DNA of 64,000 bases from an uncultured Coriobacteriia bacterium. Its GTDB lineage: Bacteria; Actinomycetota; Coriobacteriia; Anaerosomatales; PALSA-660. The stretch lies in the NCBI GenBank assembly GCA_963726435.1, contig CAVSCJ010000005.1:81452-145451 (forward strand), read 5' to 3'. This document shows, one piece after another, positions 1-9,927 of the stretch; position 1 is the first letter of the stretch, and every line of letters begins with the position of its first letter. A program made the translations under genes and the position numbers. The notes under the pieces are model-generated. The model was not told the origin of the DNA. It ran no database searches and worked only from the letters and a program-made list of their open reading frames with translations.

Positions 1-1161
1 CGCGGATGCCGCCGATCGAGTAGTGGGCCGCGGGAGCCACAGGGATGAGGTCGCGCGACAGGTCGTATCCGGATTCCAGACATGTCTCGAAGATCATGGG
101 GAAGCGGGCGCGCAACACAGGTTCGCCGAGGTGGCGGGCATCGAGCCAGACGTTCGGCCTGCCGCAGCGCTCCATCACCTTGAGGATCTCCCGGCTGACG
201 ATGTCGCGCGGCGCGAGTTCCGCGAGCGGATGGACGCCGAGCATGAAGCGGCGTTCGTCGCAGTCGAGAAGGTACGCCCCCTCGCCCCGCAGCGCCTCGG
301 TGATCAGGAACTTCGGATTCGCCTCGGAGTCGAAGGCGGTGGGGTGGAACTGCACGAACTCGAGATCGGCGAGCTCGGCGCCCGCGCGCCACGCGGCCGC
401 GACGCCATCGCCCGGTCGCGACCGCGGGATTCGTGGTTATGCGGTAGAGCTGCCCGGCGCCCCCGGTGGCGAGGACCACAGCCTCCGCCCAGCATACCCG
501 CAGCCCGGGACCCGCAGGGTCCCACACGAGCGCTCCCACGCACCGCTCGCCCTCGGTCAGGAGGTCGACCAGGAAGTGCTCCTCGTGCAGCGTCACGCCC
601 TCGGCGTTGCGCACCCTCCCCGAGAGCGTGTTCTGGATCTCGGCTCCGGTAGCGTCGCCGGAGTGCAACACGCGCGGCAAGCGAGTGGCCGCCCTCGCGG
701 TGGAGATCCATGGCGCCCGACGCGGCGTGGTCGAAGGCGACACCCATCGCGACCAGATCGCGCAACGCCGGCCCTGCCTCGGCCACGATGGCGAGCACTA
801 CATCCTCGTCGCACAGGCCAGCGCCGACAACGAGCGTGTCGGCCAGGTGGAGGTCCACCGAATCTGCCTCGCCCACGGCGCCTGCGATGCCGCCCTGCGC
901 GTACCAGGTGTTGGTCTCGGCGACCTTTCCCTTGGTGACCAAGACCACGCCCCACCCCGAGGCGGCCGCGCCCAGCGCGGCCGTGAGGCCGGCGATGCCG
1001 CTGCCTATGACGAGCACGTCGGAAGTGGACTGCGGCAGACCATCGGTGTCGAAGTCCGCCAAGTAGCGCCGCCCGAGCGCCTCGGGGAGGCGCTTGTGCG
1101 CGGCCGGCGCGCGGCCGGTCGCAGGTGCGGCCTCTGCTGAGACGGCCCCGTGCACCGTCAT
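1..1161 (-). pseudogene. nadB: L-aspartate oxidase NadB. The C-terminus runs off the left window edge, and the frame is broken at about 675 and about 412.
   Basis: An internal ATG at 1161 of ORF 304..2145(-) is followed by the FAD motif DVLVIGSGIAGLTAAL and WYAQGGIAGA. The continuation RVLHSGDATGAEIQNTL... and then ...GDGVAAAWRAGAELADLEFVQFHPTAF...PAAHYSIGGIR lie in the other two minus frames. The start overlaps the restored nadA stop as ATGA. Confidence 0.85.
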
Positions 1162-2073
1162 CCGATCGCGACCATACGCTCGACCGAGGCCAGCGCGGCC
1201 GCTGCCACATCGACCGGGATCTCGATGCGAGGTTCGAGCGTCTCCAGCGACGTGAGGACCTTCGGCAAGCGTCGTCTTCTTCATGTTCGGGCACACCGCG
1301 CACGGATCCACGGTGTAGAAGGTCTTGCCGGGCGCCGCCTTCTCGAGCCCGTGGCGCAGCCCCTCCTCGGTCACGACTATGAACTCCGTGGCCGGGGATT
1401 CGGCGGCGTGGCGGAGCATGCCGCTCGTGGAGAGCACTGCGTCGGCAAGCTCGAGAACCTCGGGACGGCACTCGGGGTGGGCCATGACCTCAGCCCGGGG
1501 ATGAGCCTCGATCGCGTCGAGCAGATGCTGCGGCGTGATGCGCTGGTGCGTCGGGCAGAAGCCCTTCCACGGGATGACCTCGACCTCGGGCACCTGCTTC
1601 GCGATCCAATCGGCCAGGTTGCAGTCGGGACCGAACAGGACGCGGTCGGCGTGCAGCGAACGAACGACCTGCACGGCGTTGGCCGACGTGCAGCAGACGT
1701 CGGAGAGCGCTTTGACCTCCGCCGTCGAGTTCACGTACATGACTACAGGGACTGCCGGGTACTCCGCCTTCCAGGCGGCGAGCTTCTCGGCGGAGATCAT
1801 CTCCGCCATCGGACACCCGGCTCTCGGCTCGGGCAGAAGCACCGTCTTGTCGGGCGCCAGCAGCTTGGCGGTCTCGGCCATGAAGTCGACGCCGCAGAAG
1901 ACGATGACCTCGGCCTCGGTCGCCGCGGCCGTGCGCGACAGGCCGAGCGAGTCACCGACGAAGTCCGCGACGTCCTGGACCTCGGCGCGCTGATAGTTGT
2001 GCGCGAGGATGACCGCGTGGCGCCGGACCGCTAGATCGCGGATGGCGGAGGCGAGTTCCGGCTGGTCGCTCAC
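1158..2073 (-). pseudogene. nadA: Quinolinate synthase NadA with one frame break near the C-terminus (about 1265).
   Basis: Family motifs ILAHNYQ, GCPMAEM, VMYVNSTAE, MAHPECRPEV and VCPNMKKTTL are present. After about 1265 the canonical tail KVLTSLETLEPRIEIPVDVAAAALASVERMVAIG-stop is found one frame over. GTG start at 2073 lies behind GGGAG. Confidence 0.85.
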
Positions 2074-2095
2074 GGTGCTCCCGTCGACTCGATTG

Positions 2096-2971
2096 TCAGG
2101 CGCCGGCGGGTGCGGGGACGCCACCCGGGGAGGACACCGCCACATTATCTATCAGGCGCGCGGTTCCCACACGCGCCGCCACGAGGGCGCGCGCTTCCCC
2201 TGCAACGACGCTCAGGGGTTCGAGAGTCCGGGCGTTCACGACATCCGCGTACTCGAGCGTCACTTCCGGCTCCGCCGAGATCGTCGCGGCCAGCGAGGCC
2301 CTCATGGCCTCTGCGTCGGTCTCCCCGGCCGCCGCGGCGTCCCGCGCACGCATGAGCGCGCGCGAGAGCACGAGCGCGTGGGCGCGCTGTTCGCGAGTGA
2401 GGTAGCGGTTGCGGCTCGAGAGAGCGAGTCCGTCCGGCTCGCGAACGATCGGACAACCCACGATGCGGGCGCTGATGTCGAGGTCCCGCACGACACGCTC
2501 GATCACCCGCAACTGCTGGAAGTCCTTCTCGCCGAAGAACGCGACGTCGGGCCCTACGATGTCGAGCAGCTTGGTCACGACGGTGGCGACGCCGATGAAG
2601 TGCCCGGGACGTGAGGCGCCACACAACACCTCGCCTATCGGGCCTGGATCGACTCGCGTGGTGGCGCCCGGAGGATACATCACCCCGACGGTGGGCGCGA
2701 ACAGCACGTCGACGCCCGCCTCCTCGAGCAGTTCCGCGTCCGCCTCGATGTCGCGCGGATACGACTCGAAGTCCTCGCCCGCGCCGAACTGGGTCGGGTT
2801 GACGAACACGGAGACGACCGTGAGGTCGCAGCGCGCCCTGGAGGCCCCGACGAGAGAGAGGTGCCCGGCATGCAGCGCACCCATGGTCGGCACGAGTCCG
2901 ACGGTGCGGCCTTCGAGCCGCGGGCGGCGCAGGACGCTGTGGACCTCCTCTATCGAGTTGAGACGCTCCAC
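2096..2971 (-). CDS. panC: Pantoate-beta-alanine ligase.
   Basis: 291-aa ORF with PTMGALHAGHLSL, VSVFVNPTQF, GHFIGVATVVTKL and FGEKDFQQ. Confidence 0.93.
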   Translation of the reverse strand: MERLNSIEEVHSVLRRPRLEGRTVGLVPTMGALHAGHLSLVGASRARCDLTVVSVFVNPTQFGAGEDFESYPRDIEADAELLEEAGVDVLFAPTVGVMYPPGATTRVDPGPIGEVLCGASRPGHFIGVATVVTKLLDIVGPDVAFFGEKDFQQLRVIERVVRDLDISARIVGCPIVREPDGLALSSRNRYLTREQRAHALVLSRALMRARDAAAAGETDAEAMRASLAATISAEPEVTLEYADVVNARTLEPLSVVAGEARALVAARVGTARLIDNVAVSSPGGVPAPAGA

Positions 2972-2976
2972 GCCGC

Positions 2977-3873
2977 CTACCTTCCGGAGATCCGGCGCAC
3001 GCGGCCTTCGCGACGCGCCCGGACCTCGCCGAGTGCCGCCGCGTCCATGTGCGTCGTCTGCCCTTCACCGGGGAAGGTACCCATGCGCACGTCGGCGGCG
3101 TAGGCCGCCACGGCTTCGCGGGCCGCGTCACCGAGCTCTGCGTAGCGCTTGGCATGGCGCGGCGTGAAGTCTCCGCCCAGGCCGAGCAGGTCGTGGAAGA
3201 CCTGCACCTCTCCATCGCATCCCGCGCCAGCGCCTATCCCTATGGTCGGGATGTCGAGATCGGCCGAGGCGATGGCGGCGATCTCGGCCGGGATGCACTC
3301 GAGCACGACAGCGAACGCTCCCGCGTCCTGCAGCGCCCGACAGTCGTCGAGCAGGCGCTCCGCCGTGGGCGCGTCCTTGGCCTGCACGCGGTAGCCTCCC
3401 AGCTGGTGGACCGATTGTGGCGTGAGACCGACGTGCCCCATGACGGGGATCCCCGCGGCCGTCAGCCGCGAGACCGTCTCAGCGACGACGGCGCCTCCCT
3501 CGAGCTTGACGGCGCCGGAGCCGCCCTCAGACATCAGCCTGCCTGCGTTGCGAAGTGCGTCGTCCACGGAGGCCTGATAGCTCATGAAGGGCATATCCGC
3601 GATGACGAGCGCCCGGCGCGTCACGCGAGTGACGGCGGAGGTCGCCCGGACCATGTCCTCCATCGTCACCGGGATGGTCGAGTCGAAGCCCAGGACGGTC
3701 ATGCCGAGTGAGTCGCCCACCAGGATCGCGTCCACGCCGGCGGCCTCGGCGATCCGGGCGGAAGAGGCATCGTAGGCGGTGATCATCACGATGCGCTGCG
3801 AAGCCGCTTTGCGCGCGCGCAGGGTCGTCGTGGTGACGGGCCGATCGCCCTCGGCGGGGGTACGGACGCCCAT
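2977..3873 (-). CDS. panB: 3-methyl-2-oxobutanoate hydroxymethyltransferase.
   Basis: ITAYDASSA, LVGDSLGM, GAVKLEGG, VMGHVGLTPQS and IGIGAG motifs. ATG at 3873 follows GGAAAGGAGG. Confidence 0.92.
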   Translation of the reverse strand: MGVRTPAEGDRPVTTTTLRARKAASQRIVMITAYDASSARIAEAAGVDAILVGDSLGMTVLGFDSTIPVTMEDMVRATSAVTRVTRRALVIADMPFMSYQASVDDALRNAGRLMSEGGSGAVKLEGGAVVAETVSRLTAAGIPVMGHVGLTPQSVHQLGGYRVQAKDAPTAERLLDDCRALQDAGAFAVVLECIPAEIAAIASADLDIPTIGIGAGAGCDGEVQVFHDLLGLGGDFTPRHAKRYAELGDAAREAVAAYAADVRMGTFPGEGQTTHMDAAALGEVRARREGRVRRISGR

Positions 3874-3960
3874 GGCGTCCTCCTTTCCGATCACACCGTC
3901 CCAGCCCCGTGATCCGGGGTCCAGGCGGTCCCATCGAAGCGTCCCGCTCGATGCGGGGCG

Positions 3961-3975
3961 CCAGTATATCACCAG
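3961..3975 (-). promoter_or_regulatory. Candidate -10 region upstream of panB (minus strand TGGTGATATACTGG).
   Basis: This is an AT-rich island in an otherwise GC-rich spacer, about 90 nt upstream of the panB start. Similar GATATAC/TATACA boxes occur upstream of other operons in the window. Confidence 0.3.
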
Positions 3976-3999
3976 CGAGTGGCGTCTCCTTCAGGCAGC

Positions 4000-4024
4000 G
4001 AGGCCCCGGCAGCGCCGGGGCCTC
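4000..4024 (-). terminator. GC-rich hairpin downstream of the zinc-ribbon gene.
   Basis: Perfect 11-bp stem GAGGCCCCGGC/GCCGGGGCCTC with a 3-nt loop, about 30 nt after the stop at 4053. There is no U-tract. Confidence 0.4.
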
Positions 4025-4052
4025 GAGGATCGATCGCCCGCCCGCGCCGCAA

Positions 4053-4622
4053 CTACTGGAAGAGCTGCACCAGCCACTTGCCGTCCTTGTAGACGACGCT
4101 CATCTGGTCGGTGCGTTGGGTGTACGTACCCTTGACCGGGTCCGTCAGCCATTGCGCGGACACCTGGACGACGACGGTGTTGGCATCTCCCGCGACCGGT
4201 GTCGCCTTCACGATCGTGAGATCCGTCAGGTTCGGCTTGCCGCCGGACGCCACCTTGGCGTCGGCGACCTGCTTCTCGAACGTCGCGACGTCGGTCGCGG
4301 TCATCGAGCCGTGGGCCGCATTCTCGAGCATCCCCGCACCGTCGTAGGCAGCGTAGGCCTCGAGCATGCGGGTCGCTGCCGCCTCAGGTCCGGAGAACGC
4401 GCCCTTCGGCCACAGGAGGTAGACTCCCGCGGCGACGATGGCGACGAAGACGACAGCGGCGACGACCGGCACCAGCCATGCCGGGCGTCCAGACCCGCCA
4501 GCGGTCCTGGCGGGTGCCGATACCGGAGGTTCCGTGGCGCTCGACTCTGTCATGGGCTCTCCGCATTCGGGACACGTTGCGGCCCCGTCGGCCACGGGCG
4601 CGCCGCACCTATCGCACATCAT
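4053..4622 (-). CDS. Zinc-ribbon membrane protein with an extracytoplasmic NTF2/DUF4878-like domain.
   Basis: N-terminal CDRCGAPV...CPECG, then one TM helix (WLVPVVAAVVFVAIVAAGVYLLW), then a soluble C-terminal domain. Confidence 0.75.
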   Translation of the reverse strand: MMCDRCGAPVADGAATCPECGEPMTESSATEPPVSAPARTAGGSGRPAWLVPVVAAVVFVAIVAAGVYLLWPKGAFSGPEAAATRMLEAYAAYDGAGMLENAAHGSMTATDVATFEKQVADAKVASGGKPNLTDLTIVKATPVAGDANTVVVQVSAQWLTDPVKGTYTQRTDQMSVVYKDGKWLVQLFQ

Positions 4623-4699
4623 GCCGTGGCTCTCCTGCCCTGTCGAGAACCGGGGAAGAACGCAGACGGGAGTATATCATCGCCGGGCGCGCTCCAAGC

Positions 4700-5206
4700 C
4701 TACGACGAGCGGTCGCCCAGGGGCGAGAGACGGCCCAAGACGCCCGTGACCCGACCTTCGACCGCGAGGTCCGCCTCGACCGCCGAGCCGTCGGGAAGCC
4801 TGACGTCCGGCGCTATCTCGAGCAGAGGCGTGACCACGAAGTCGCGCTCGAGCATCCGCGCGTGCGGGACCGTCAATTCGGGCGTGTCGATGGCCGCATC
4901 GCCGAAGAGCAGGAGGTCGAGGTCGATCGAGCGCGGACCGAATCGCACCGCCGGCTCGCGGCCCATGGCCCTCTCGATGCCCTTGCACGCCCGCAGCAGC
5001 GAGAGCGCTCCCAGCTCGCTGGCGATCTCCACGACCGCGTTGGCGTACCTGGGCTGCGCCAGGCCGCCCCAGGCCTCGCTCTCGTAGACGCGAGAGGTGG
5101 CGACGACGGTCACGCCCGGCAGGGCGCCCAACTCGCGCACCGCGGCGGCCAGGTTCGTCATCCTGTCTCCGAGGTTCGAGCCGAGCGCGACGTATGCGCG
5201 CGTCAC
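4700..5206 (-). CDS. folK: 2-amino-4-hydroxy-6-hydroxymethyldihydropteridine diphosphokinase (HPPK).
   Basis: AYVALGSNLGDR, GPRSIDLDLLLFG, LTVPHARMLERDFVVTPL. Confidence 0.92.
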   Translation of the reverse strand: MTRAYVALGSNLGDRMTNLAAAVRELGALPGVTVVATSRVYESEAWGGLAQPRYANAVVEIASELGALSLLRACKGIERAMGREPAVRFGPRSIDLDLLLFGDAAIDTPELTVPHARMLERDFVVTPLLEIAPDVRLPDGSAVEADLAVEGRVTGVLGRLSPLGDRSS

Positions 5207-5210
5207 GGCG

Positions 5211-5894
5211 TCACCCGCGCTGGCTGAGGGCGATCGCGACGGCGATCGCTATCCAGACGAGCAGGACGACGATGACGGCTCCGGCGCGGGACCCGCGACC
5301 GCTCGCGAGCTGCTCCATCCTCTGGTTGTCGGACAGCGCTGGATCGCCGGCGCGGACGGGCTTGGATGTGTCGGGCCCGAAACCGAATTCGCTCTGCGCC
5401 TCGGCCTCCTTGGCGGCGACGCGCGAGGGCGCGTCCGTCCCCCACGCGTACTTGACGCCGTCGGGCGGCATGTCCGTGAGGAGCTCTCGAGTGCGGGCGA
5501 CCTGCGAAGCAGGCACCTTGAGCATGAACGGGCGCCCTGCGCCCTGCGGCGGAGTGAACCCGACCGCCTCGCCGGGCTCGAACGGGTCCCAGCCGACGGC
5601 GACGCCCTCCGATCCCAGGGCCTGTGCGATGTCCTGAAGGGCCAGTTGCCCGCCGGGGCGGCTCTGCATGGCCACAACCTCCCAGGCCTCGTCGATCGGG
5701 GCCATCGCAGTGGTGGATGGCTCCTTGGCCCCGGCGACCATGGCCTCGGCGCTGCGAAGCGCCTCAAGATCGTCGATGTCTTCCGGCGTCTCGCCCATCG
5801 CCTTCAGCGCCCGCATCATTCCTGCAACACCCCCCGACGCGAGCCCCTTCATCGGCGCGGGTACCTGGGACCCCGAACCCTCTTCGTCCGTCAT
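5211..5894 (-). CDS. Hypothetical tail-anchored membrane protein with a DUF2007-like domain, occupying the usual folB position.
   Basis: ATG 5894 overlaps the folP stop as ATGA. 227 aa. The central WEVVAMQSRPGGQLALQDIAQALGSEGVAVGWDP...FMLKVPASQVARTRELL resembles a DUF2007 fold. C-terminal TM helix AVIVVLLVWIAIAVAIAL. Confidence 0.7.
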   Translation of the reverse strand: MTDEEGSGSQVPAPMKGLASGGVAGMMRALKAMGETPEDIDDLEALRSAEAMVAGAKEPSTTAMAPIDEAWEVVAMQSRPGGQLALQDIAQALGSEGVAVGWDPFEPGEAVGFTPPQGAGRPFMLKVPASQVARTRELLTDMPPDGVKYAWGTDAPSRVAAKEAEAQSEFGFGPDTSKPVRAGDPALSDNQRMEQLASGRGSRAGAVIVVLLVWIAIAVAIALSQRG

Positions 5895-6736
5895 CGCTCC
5901 CCCGTTCCCTCCCGGATCGCGAGCGCAACGGCGAGCGCTGCCACCGTATCGGCAACGTCGTGCACCCGGACCGCTGACGCACCGCCAGCCACGGCCTCGA
6001 GCGCCGCGGCCAGAGAACCGGCCAGCCGCTCGCGCGGCTCGGACACACCAGTGATCTCCCCTACGAACCGCTTGCGGGACACGCCGACGAGCACCGGGTA
6101 CCCCAGGTCGACTATCTCGTCCAGCCGCCGCAGAAGCTCGAGGTTGTGCGCGGTGGTCTTGCCGAAGCCGATCCCCGGGTCCACGACGATGCGTTCGCGC
6201 GCGACGCCCGCCGACTCCAACCGCGAGGCCCGCGCCTTGAGGCACTCCGCGACCTCGGCGACCACGTCGCCGTAGCGCGGTTCGTCCTGCATCGTGCCGG
6301 GGTCGCCCTGCATGTGCATGACGACCAGCCCGGCGTCGCAGGACGCGGCGAGCGCGACCATCGCGGGATCGGAGAAGCCGGAGACGTCGTTGATGACCGA
6401 GACACCGGCGGCGACACACGCGGACGCCACTTCCGCGTGGCGTGTGTCGATCGAGACGATGGCGCCGGACGACGCCAGAGCAGCCACGACAGGAAGGACG
6501 CGCGCCAGCTCCTCGTTCGGCGTCACTCCTCGCGCCCCCGGGCGGGTGGACTCGCCGCCGACGTCGATCAGATCGGCGCCGGAAGCCAGCATCGACCGGC
6601 CCGACGCGACCGCGGCGCGCGGGTCGTAGTTCACCCCGCCGTCGGAGAACGAGTCGGGGGTGACGTTGACGATGCCCATCACGAGCGGGCGGGCGAGCGA
6701 GATCTCGTGCGGGCCGCAGAGCCAGACGCGCTGCAC
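5891..6736 (-). CDS. folP: Dihydropteroate synthase.
   Basis: MGIVNVTPDSFSDGG, DVGGESTRPGA, SIDT, INDVSG, VMHMQG, DPGIGFGKT. The likely GTG start at 6736 overlaps the folE stop by 1 nt. Confidence 0.9.
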   Translation of the reverse strand: MQRVWLCGPHEISLARPLVMGIVNVTPDSFSDGGVNYDPRAAVASGRSMLASGADLIDVGGESTRPGARGVTPNEELARVLPVVAALASSGAIVSIDTRHAEVASACVAAGVSVINDVSGFSDPAMVALAASCDAGLVVMHMQGDPGTMQDEPRYGDVVAEVAECLKARASRLESAGVARERIVVDPGIGFGKTTAHNLELLRRLDEIVDLGYPVLVGVSRKRFVGEITGVSEPRERLAGSLAAALEAVAGGASAVRVHDVADTVAALAVALAIREGTGER

Positions 6737-7305
6737 TACCGGCTCCCGCCCTTGATCAGCGACATAGCCTCGGCCCGGGTCGCCGCCTTCGTCCGGAATA
6801 TCCCGCGGACGGCGGAGGTGGTGGTGATCGCGCCCGGCTTCTGTACGCCCCGCATGGACATGCAAAGGTGCTCCGCCTCGATCACGACGATCACGCCCTG
6901 GGGCTCCAGGCATTCGATGATCGTGTCGGCGATCTGAGATGTGAGGCGCTCCTGCACCTGGGGCCTCTTCGCGTACACGTCGACCACGCGCGCCAGCTTC
7001 GACAACCCGCAGATGCGGCCGTTCTCCCCGGGGATGTAGGCGACGTGCGCCCGGCCGACGAACGGAAGGAGGTGATGCTCGCAGACCGAGTAGAGAGGGA
7101 TGTCGCGCACCAGCACCATCTCCTGGTGGCCTTCGTCGAAGGTGACGCTGAGGAACCTTCCCGCATCCTGGCCGAGCCCGGCGAAGATCTCCTCGTACAT
7201 CTCCGCGACGCGCTGCGGCGTGTCGGAGAGACCCTCGCGCGCGGGGTCCTCCCCGACTCCCTCGAGGATGAGCCGAACGCCGGCCTCGATCTTGCCGCGG
7301 TCCAT
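6736..7305 (-). CDS. folE: GTP cyclohydrolase I.
   Basis: [34 protein letters not shown]. Confidence 0.95.
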   Translation of the reverse strand: MDRGKIEAGVRLILEGVGEDPAREGLSDTPQRVAEMYEEIFAGLGQDAGRFLSVTFDEGHQEMVLVRDIPLYSVCEHHLLPFVGRAHVAYIPGENGRICGLSKLARVVDVYAKRPQVQERLTSQIADTIIECLEPQGVIVVIEAEHLCMSMRGVQKPGAITTTSAVRGIFRTKAATRAEAMSLIKGGSR

Positions 7306-7353
7306 CGCGTCCCTCCCGGCTGTGGGCTCTGACCCGTGCGTGTCGTGAGGCTA

Positions 7354-9327
7354 TCAGGCGGAGGGCGCAGGTGCGACCTCTGGGGGTGTGCCCGATCCGG
7401 CTGCCGGCTTCTCGCCGGCGGACTTCTTGCTCCGCGTCCGGACAGGCTTCGGCTCCGCGTCCGGCTTCCCGGATGCCGCCTCGGAGGCCTCCTTGGCGAG
7501 GTACTCGTCCCAGCGACCTTCCAGCAGCGCCTCGACCTCGTCCTTGCCGAGCGTCTCCCGGTCGATCAGAGCCTGCGCCATGAGGTCGAGCTGAGCGCGG
7601 TGCTCCTCCAGTATCGCCTTGGCCCGGTCGAACGCACCGTCGAGAAGGGTGCGGACCTCCTTGTCGATCTCGAACGCTATCTCCTGTGAGTAGTCCGGGG
7701 TGGCGCCGAAATCGCGGCCCAAGAAGACCTCGTGCTGAGGCTCGCCGAGCGTCATCGGCCCGAGCTTGTCGGACATGCCGTACTGAGTGACCATCGCGCG
7801 GGCGATCTTGGTCGCGCGCTCGATGTCGTTGCTGGCCCCCGTGGTCACGTCGCCGAGGGCGATCTCTTCGGAGACTCGCCCGCCCAGAAGCGAGGCGAGC
7901 TCGTCGAGCATGTCGCGCTTGCTGCCGAGGAACTTCTCCTCCTCGGGGAGGTGCCACGTGCTGCCGAGGCTTCTGCCGCGCGGGATGATCGTCACCTTGT
8001 GGACCGTGTCGGTCCGAGGAAGGACGTGACCGACGATCGCATGACCGGACTCGTGGTACGCGATGACCTTCTTCTCGTCGTCGGAGATCAGGCGGCTGCG
8101 GCGCTCGGGACCGGCGACCACGCGGTCGATCGCCTCTTCGAGTTCGACCATCTCGATCTGCTTGCGTCCGTGTCGCGCCGAGAGCAACGCGGCCTCGTTG
8201 ACGAGGTTCGCGAGGTCGGCGCCCGTGAATCCGGGGGTGCGGCGCGCGAGGACCTCGACGTCGATGTCCGAGTTCATGGGCTTGCCCTTGATATGGACCT
8301 TGAGGATGGCGACCCGGCCCTTGAGGTCCGGACGGTCCACGACGACCTGCCGGTCGAAGCGCCCGGGACGCAGGAGCGCGGGGTCGAGGATGTCGGGGCG
8401 GTTCGTCGCCGCGATCAGTATCACGTTGTCCTTGATGTCGAAACCGTCCATCTCGACGAGAAGCTGGTTGAGCGTCTGCTCTCGCTCGTCATGGCCGCCG
8501 CCCAAGCCAGCTCCGCGGTGACGCCCGACCGCGTCGATCTCGTCCACGAAGACGATGCAGGGGCTGGCCGCCTTGGCCTGCTCGAACAGGTCCCGGACGC
8601 GGCTCGCGCCGACGCCCACGAACATCTCCACGAAGTCCGAGCCGGAGATCGAGAAGAAGGGCACGCCGGCCTCACCGGCGACCGCGCGAGCGAGCAGCGT
8701 CTTGCCTGTGCCCGGAGGGCCGACCAACAGCACTCCCTTGGGGATCTTCGCGCCGAGCGCCTGGAACTTGCCGGGGTTCTCGAGGAACTCCTTGATCTCC
8801 TGCAGCTCCTCGACAGCCTCGTCCACACCCGCGACGTCCTTGAACGTCACGCGCGGCTGGTCGCGCGTCATGCGTTTCGCCTTGGCCTTGCCGAAGGACA
8901 TGACGCGGTTGTTGCCACCCTGCATCGACTGCATGAAGAAGAACATCACGCCCACGATGAGCAGGATCGGGAGCAGGTTGATAGCGATCGTCAGCCAAGC
9001 GCTCGGCTTCTGCGGGTTGACGTCGAAGACGCCCGGGAACCTCTGCACGAGGTCCGCGACGGCGTTGTCGCCGATGTAGTTGGCGGTGAACTGGCTGGTC
9101 TTCTTCGCGGCCTGGTCCGCGGCGGTCTTGTAGTAGGTGCCCTCGATGACCTGGTCGCTGGCGAGCACGGTGGCCTGAACGACCCGGCTCGACTCCACCG
9201 CCTGGTAGAACTCGCCCGTTGTGAGCTGGTCCACCGGCTGACCGGGGTTCGTGTACATCGAGATGACGTAGGCGACCGCCGCCAGGATCAGCAGATACAG
9301 GGCGATCGTGCGGATGTTGCGATTCAA
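7354..9327 (-). CDS. ftsH: ATP-dependent zinc metalloprotease FtsH.
   Basis: 657 aa. Two N-terminal TM helices, Walker [12 protein letters not shown], Walker [32 protein letters not shown], and the zinc site HESGHA. Confidence 0.97.
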   Translation of the reverse strand: MNRNIRTIALYLLILAAVAYVISMYTNPGQPVDQLTTGEFYQAVESSRVVQATVLASDQVIEGTYYKTAADQAAKKTSQFTANYIGDNAVADLVQRFPGVFDVNPQKPSAWLTIAINLLPILLIVGVMFFFMQSMQGGNNRVMSFGKAKAKRMTRDQPRVTFKDVAGVDEAVEELQEIKEFLENPGKFQALGAKIPKGVLLVGPPGTGKTLLARAVAGEAGVPFFSISGSDFVEMFVGVGASRVRDLFEQAKAASPCIVFVDEIDAVGRHRGAGLGGGHDEREQTLNQLLVEMDGFDIKDNVILIAATNRPDILDPALLRPGRFDRQVVVDRPDLKGRVAILKVHIKGKPMNSDIDVEVLARRTPGFTGADLANLVNEAALLSARHGRKQIEMVELEEAIDRVVAGPERRSRLISDDEKKVIAYHESGHAIVGHVLPRTDTVHKVTIIPRGRSLGSTWHLPEEEKFLGSKRDMLDELASLLGGRVSEEIALGDVTTGASNDIERATKIARAMVTQYGMSDKLGPMTLGEPQHEVFLGRDFGATPDYSQEIAFEIDKEVRTLLDGAFDRAKAILEEHRAQLDLMAQALIDRETLGKDEVEALLEGRWDEYLAKEASEAASGKPDAEPKPVRTRSKKSAGEKPAAGSGTPPEVAPAPSA

Positions 9328-9366
9328 ACGAAAGACCTCCTCGAGCGGCTTCGCCCGATCCGGCCG

Positions 9367-9927
9367 TCAGTCCTGATAGGCCGACGGCTTGAGAACGCCG
9401 ATGTACGGCAGGTTGCGATAGCGCTCCGCGAAATCGAGTCCGTAGCCGACGACGAATTCGTCGGGCACGGAGAATCCTATGTACCTGCAGGAGATGGGTA
9501 CCCGCTGTTTGCCTTCTTTGCTCAGAAGGGTCACCACTTCCAGGCTGGCCGGCTTGCGGCTCGCCAGGTTCTTCAGAAGGTACTTGAGCGTGAGCCCTGT
9601 ATCGATGATGTCCTCTACGACCAGAACGTGACGCCCCTCGATCTGCTCGTCGAGGTCCTTGAGGATGCGGACGACGCCAGACGACTTCGTCGAGGAACCG
9701 TACGACGAGACCGCCATGAAGTCGATCTCGACCGGCACGTCCACCGCACGCGACAGGTCCGCCAGGAACAGAGCGGCGCCGCGCAGGACCGCTACCAGCA
9801 GCAGGGTCTCGCCGTCGTAGTCACGGGTTATCTGCGCGCCCATCTCGCGGACGCGCTCGTCTATCTGCTCTTTCGAGATGACCACGGACTCGATGTCGGG
9901 ATGGATCACGTGAAGGTCCTCTTTCAT
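9367..9927 (-). CDS. hpt: Hypoxanthine phosphoribosyltransferase.
   Basis: VLVVEDIIDTGLTL PRPP motif and VVGYGLDFAERYRNLPYIG. ATG at 9927 overlaps the tilS stop as ATGA. Confidence 0.93.
   Translation of the reverse strand: MKEDLHVIHPDIESVVISKEQIDERVREMGAQITRDYDGETLLLVAVLRGAALFLADLSRAVDVPVEIDFMAVSSYGSSTKSSGVVRILKDLDEQIEGRHVLVVEDIIDTGLTLKYLLKNLASRKPASLEVVTLLSKEGKQRVPISCRYIGFSVPDEFVVGYGLDFAERYRNLPYIGVLKPSAYQD

Noticed and set aside
5211-5894. A degenerate or frameshifted folB might be hidden in the folP-folK gap.
   Set aside because: None of the three minus frames shows FolB-like sequence. The called frame is a clean 227-codon ORF with start/stop coupling to its neighbours.
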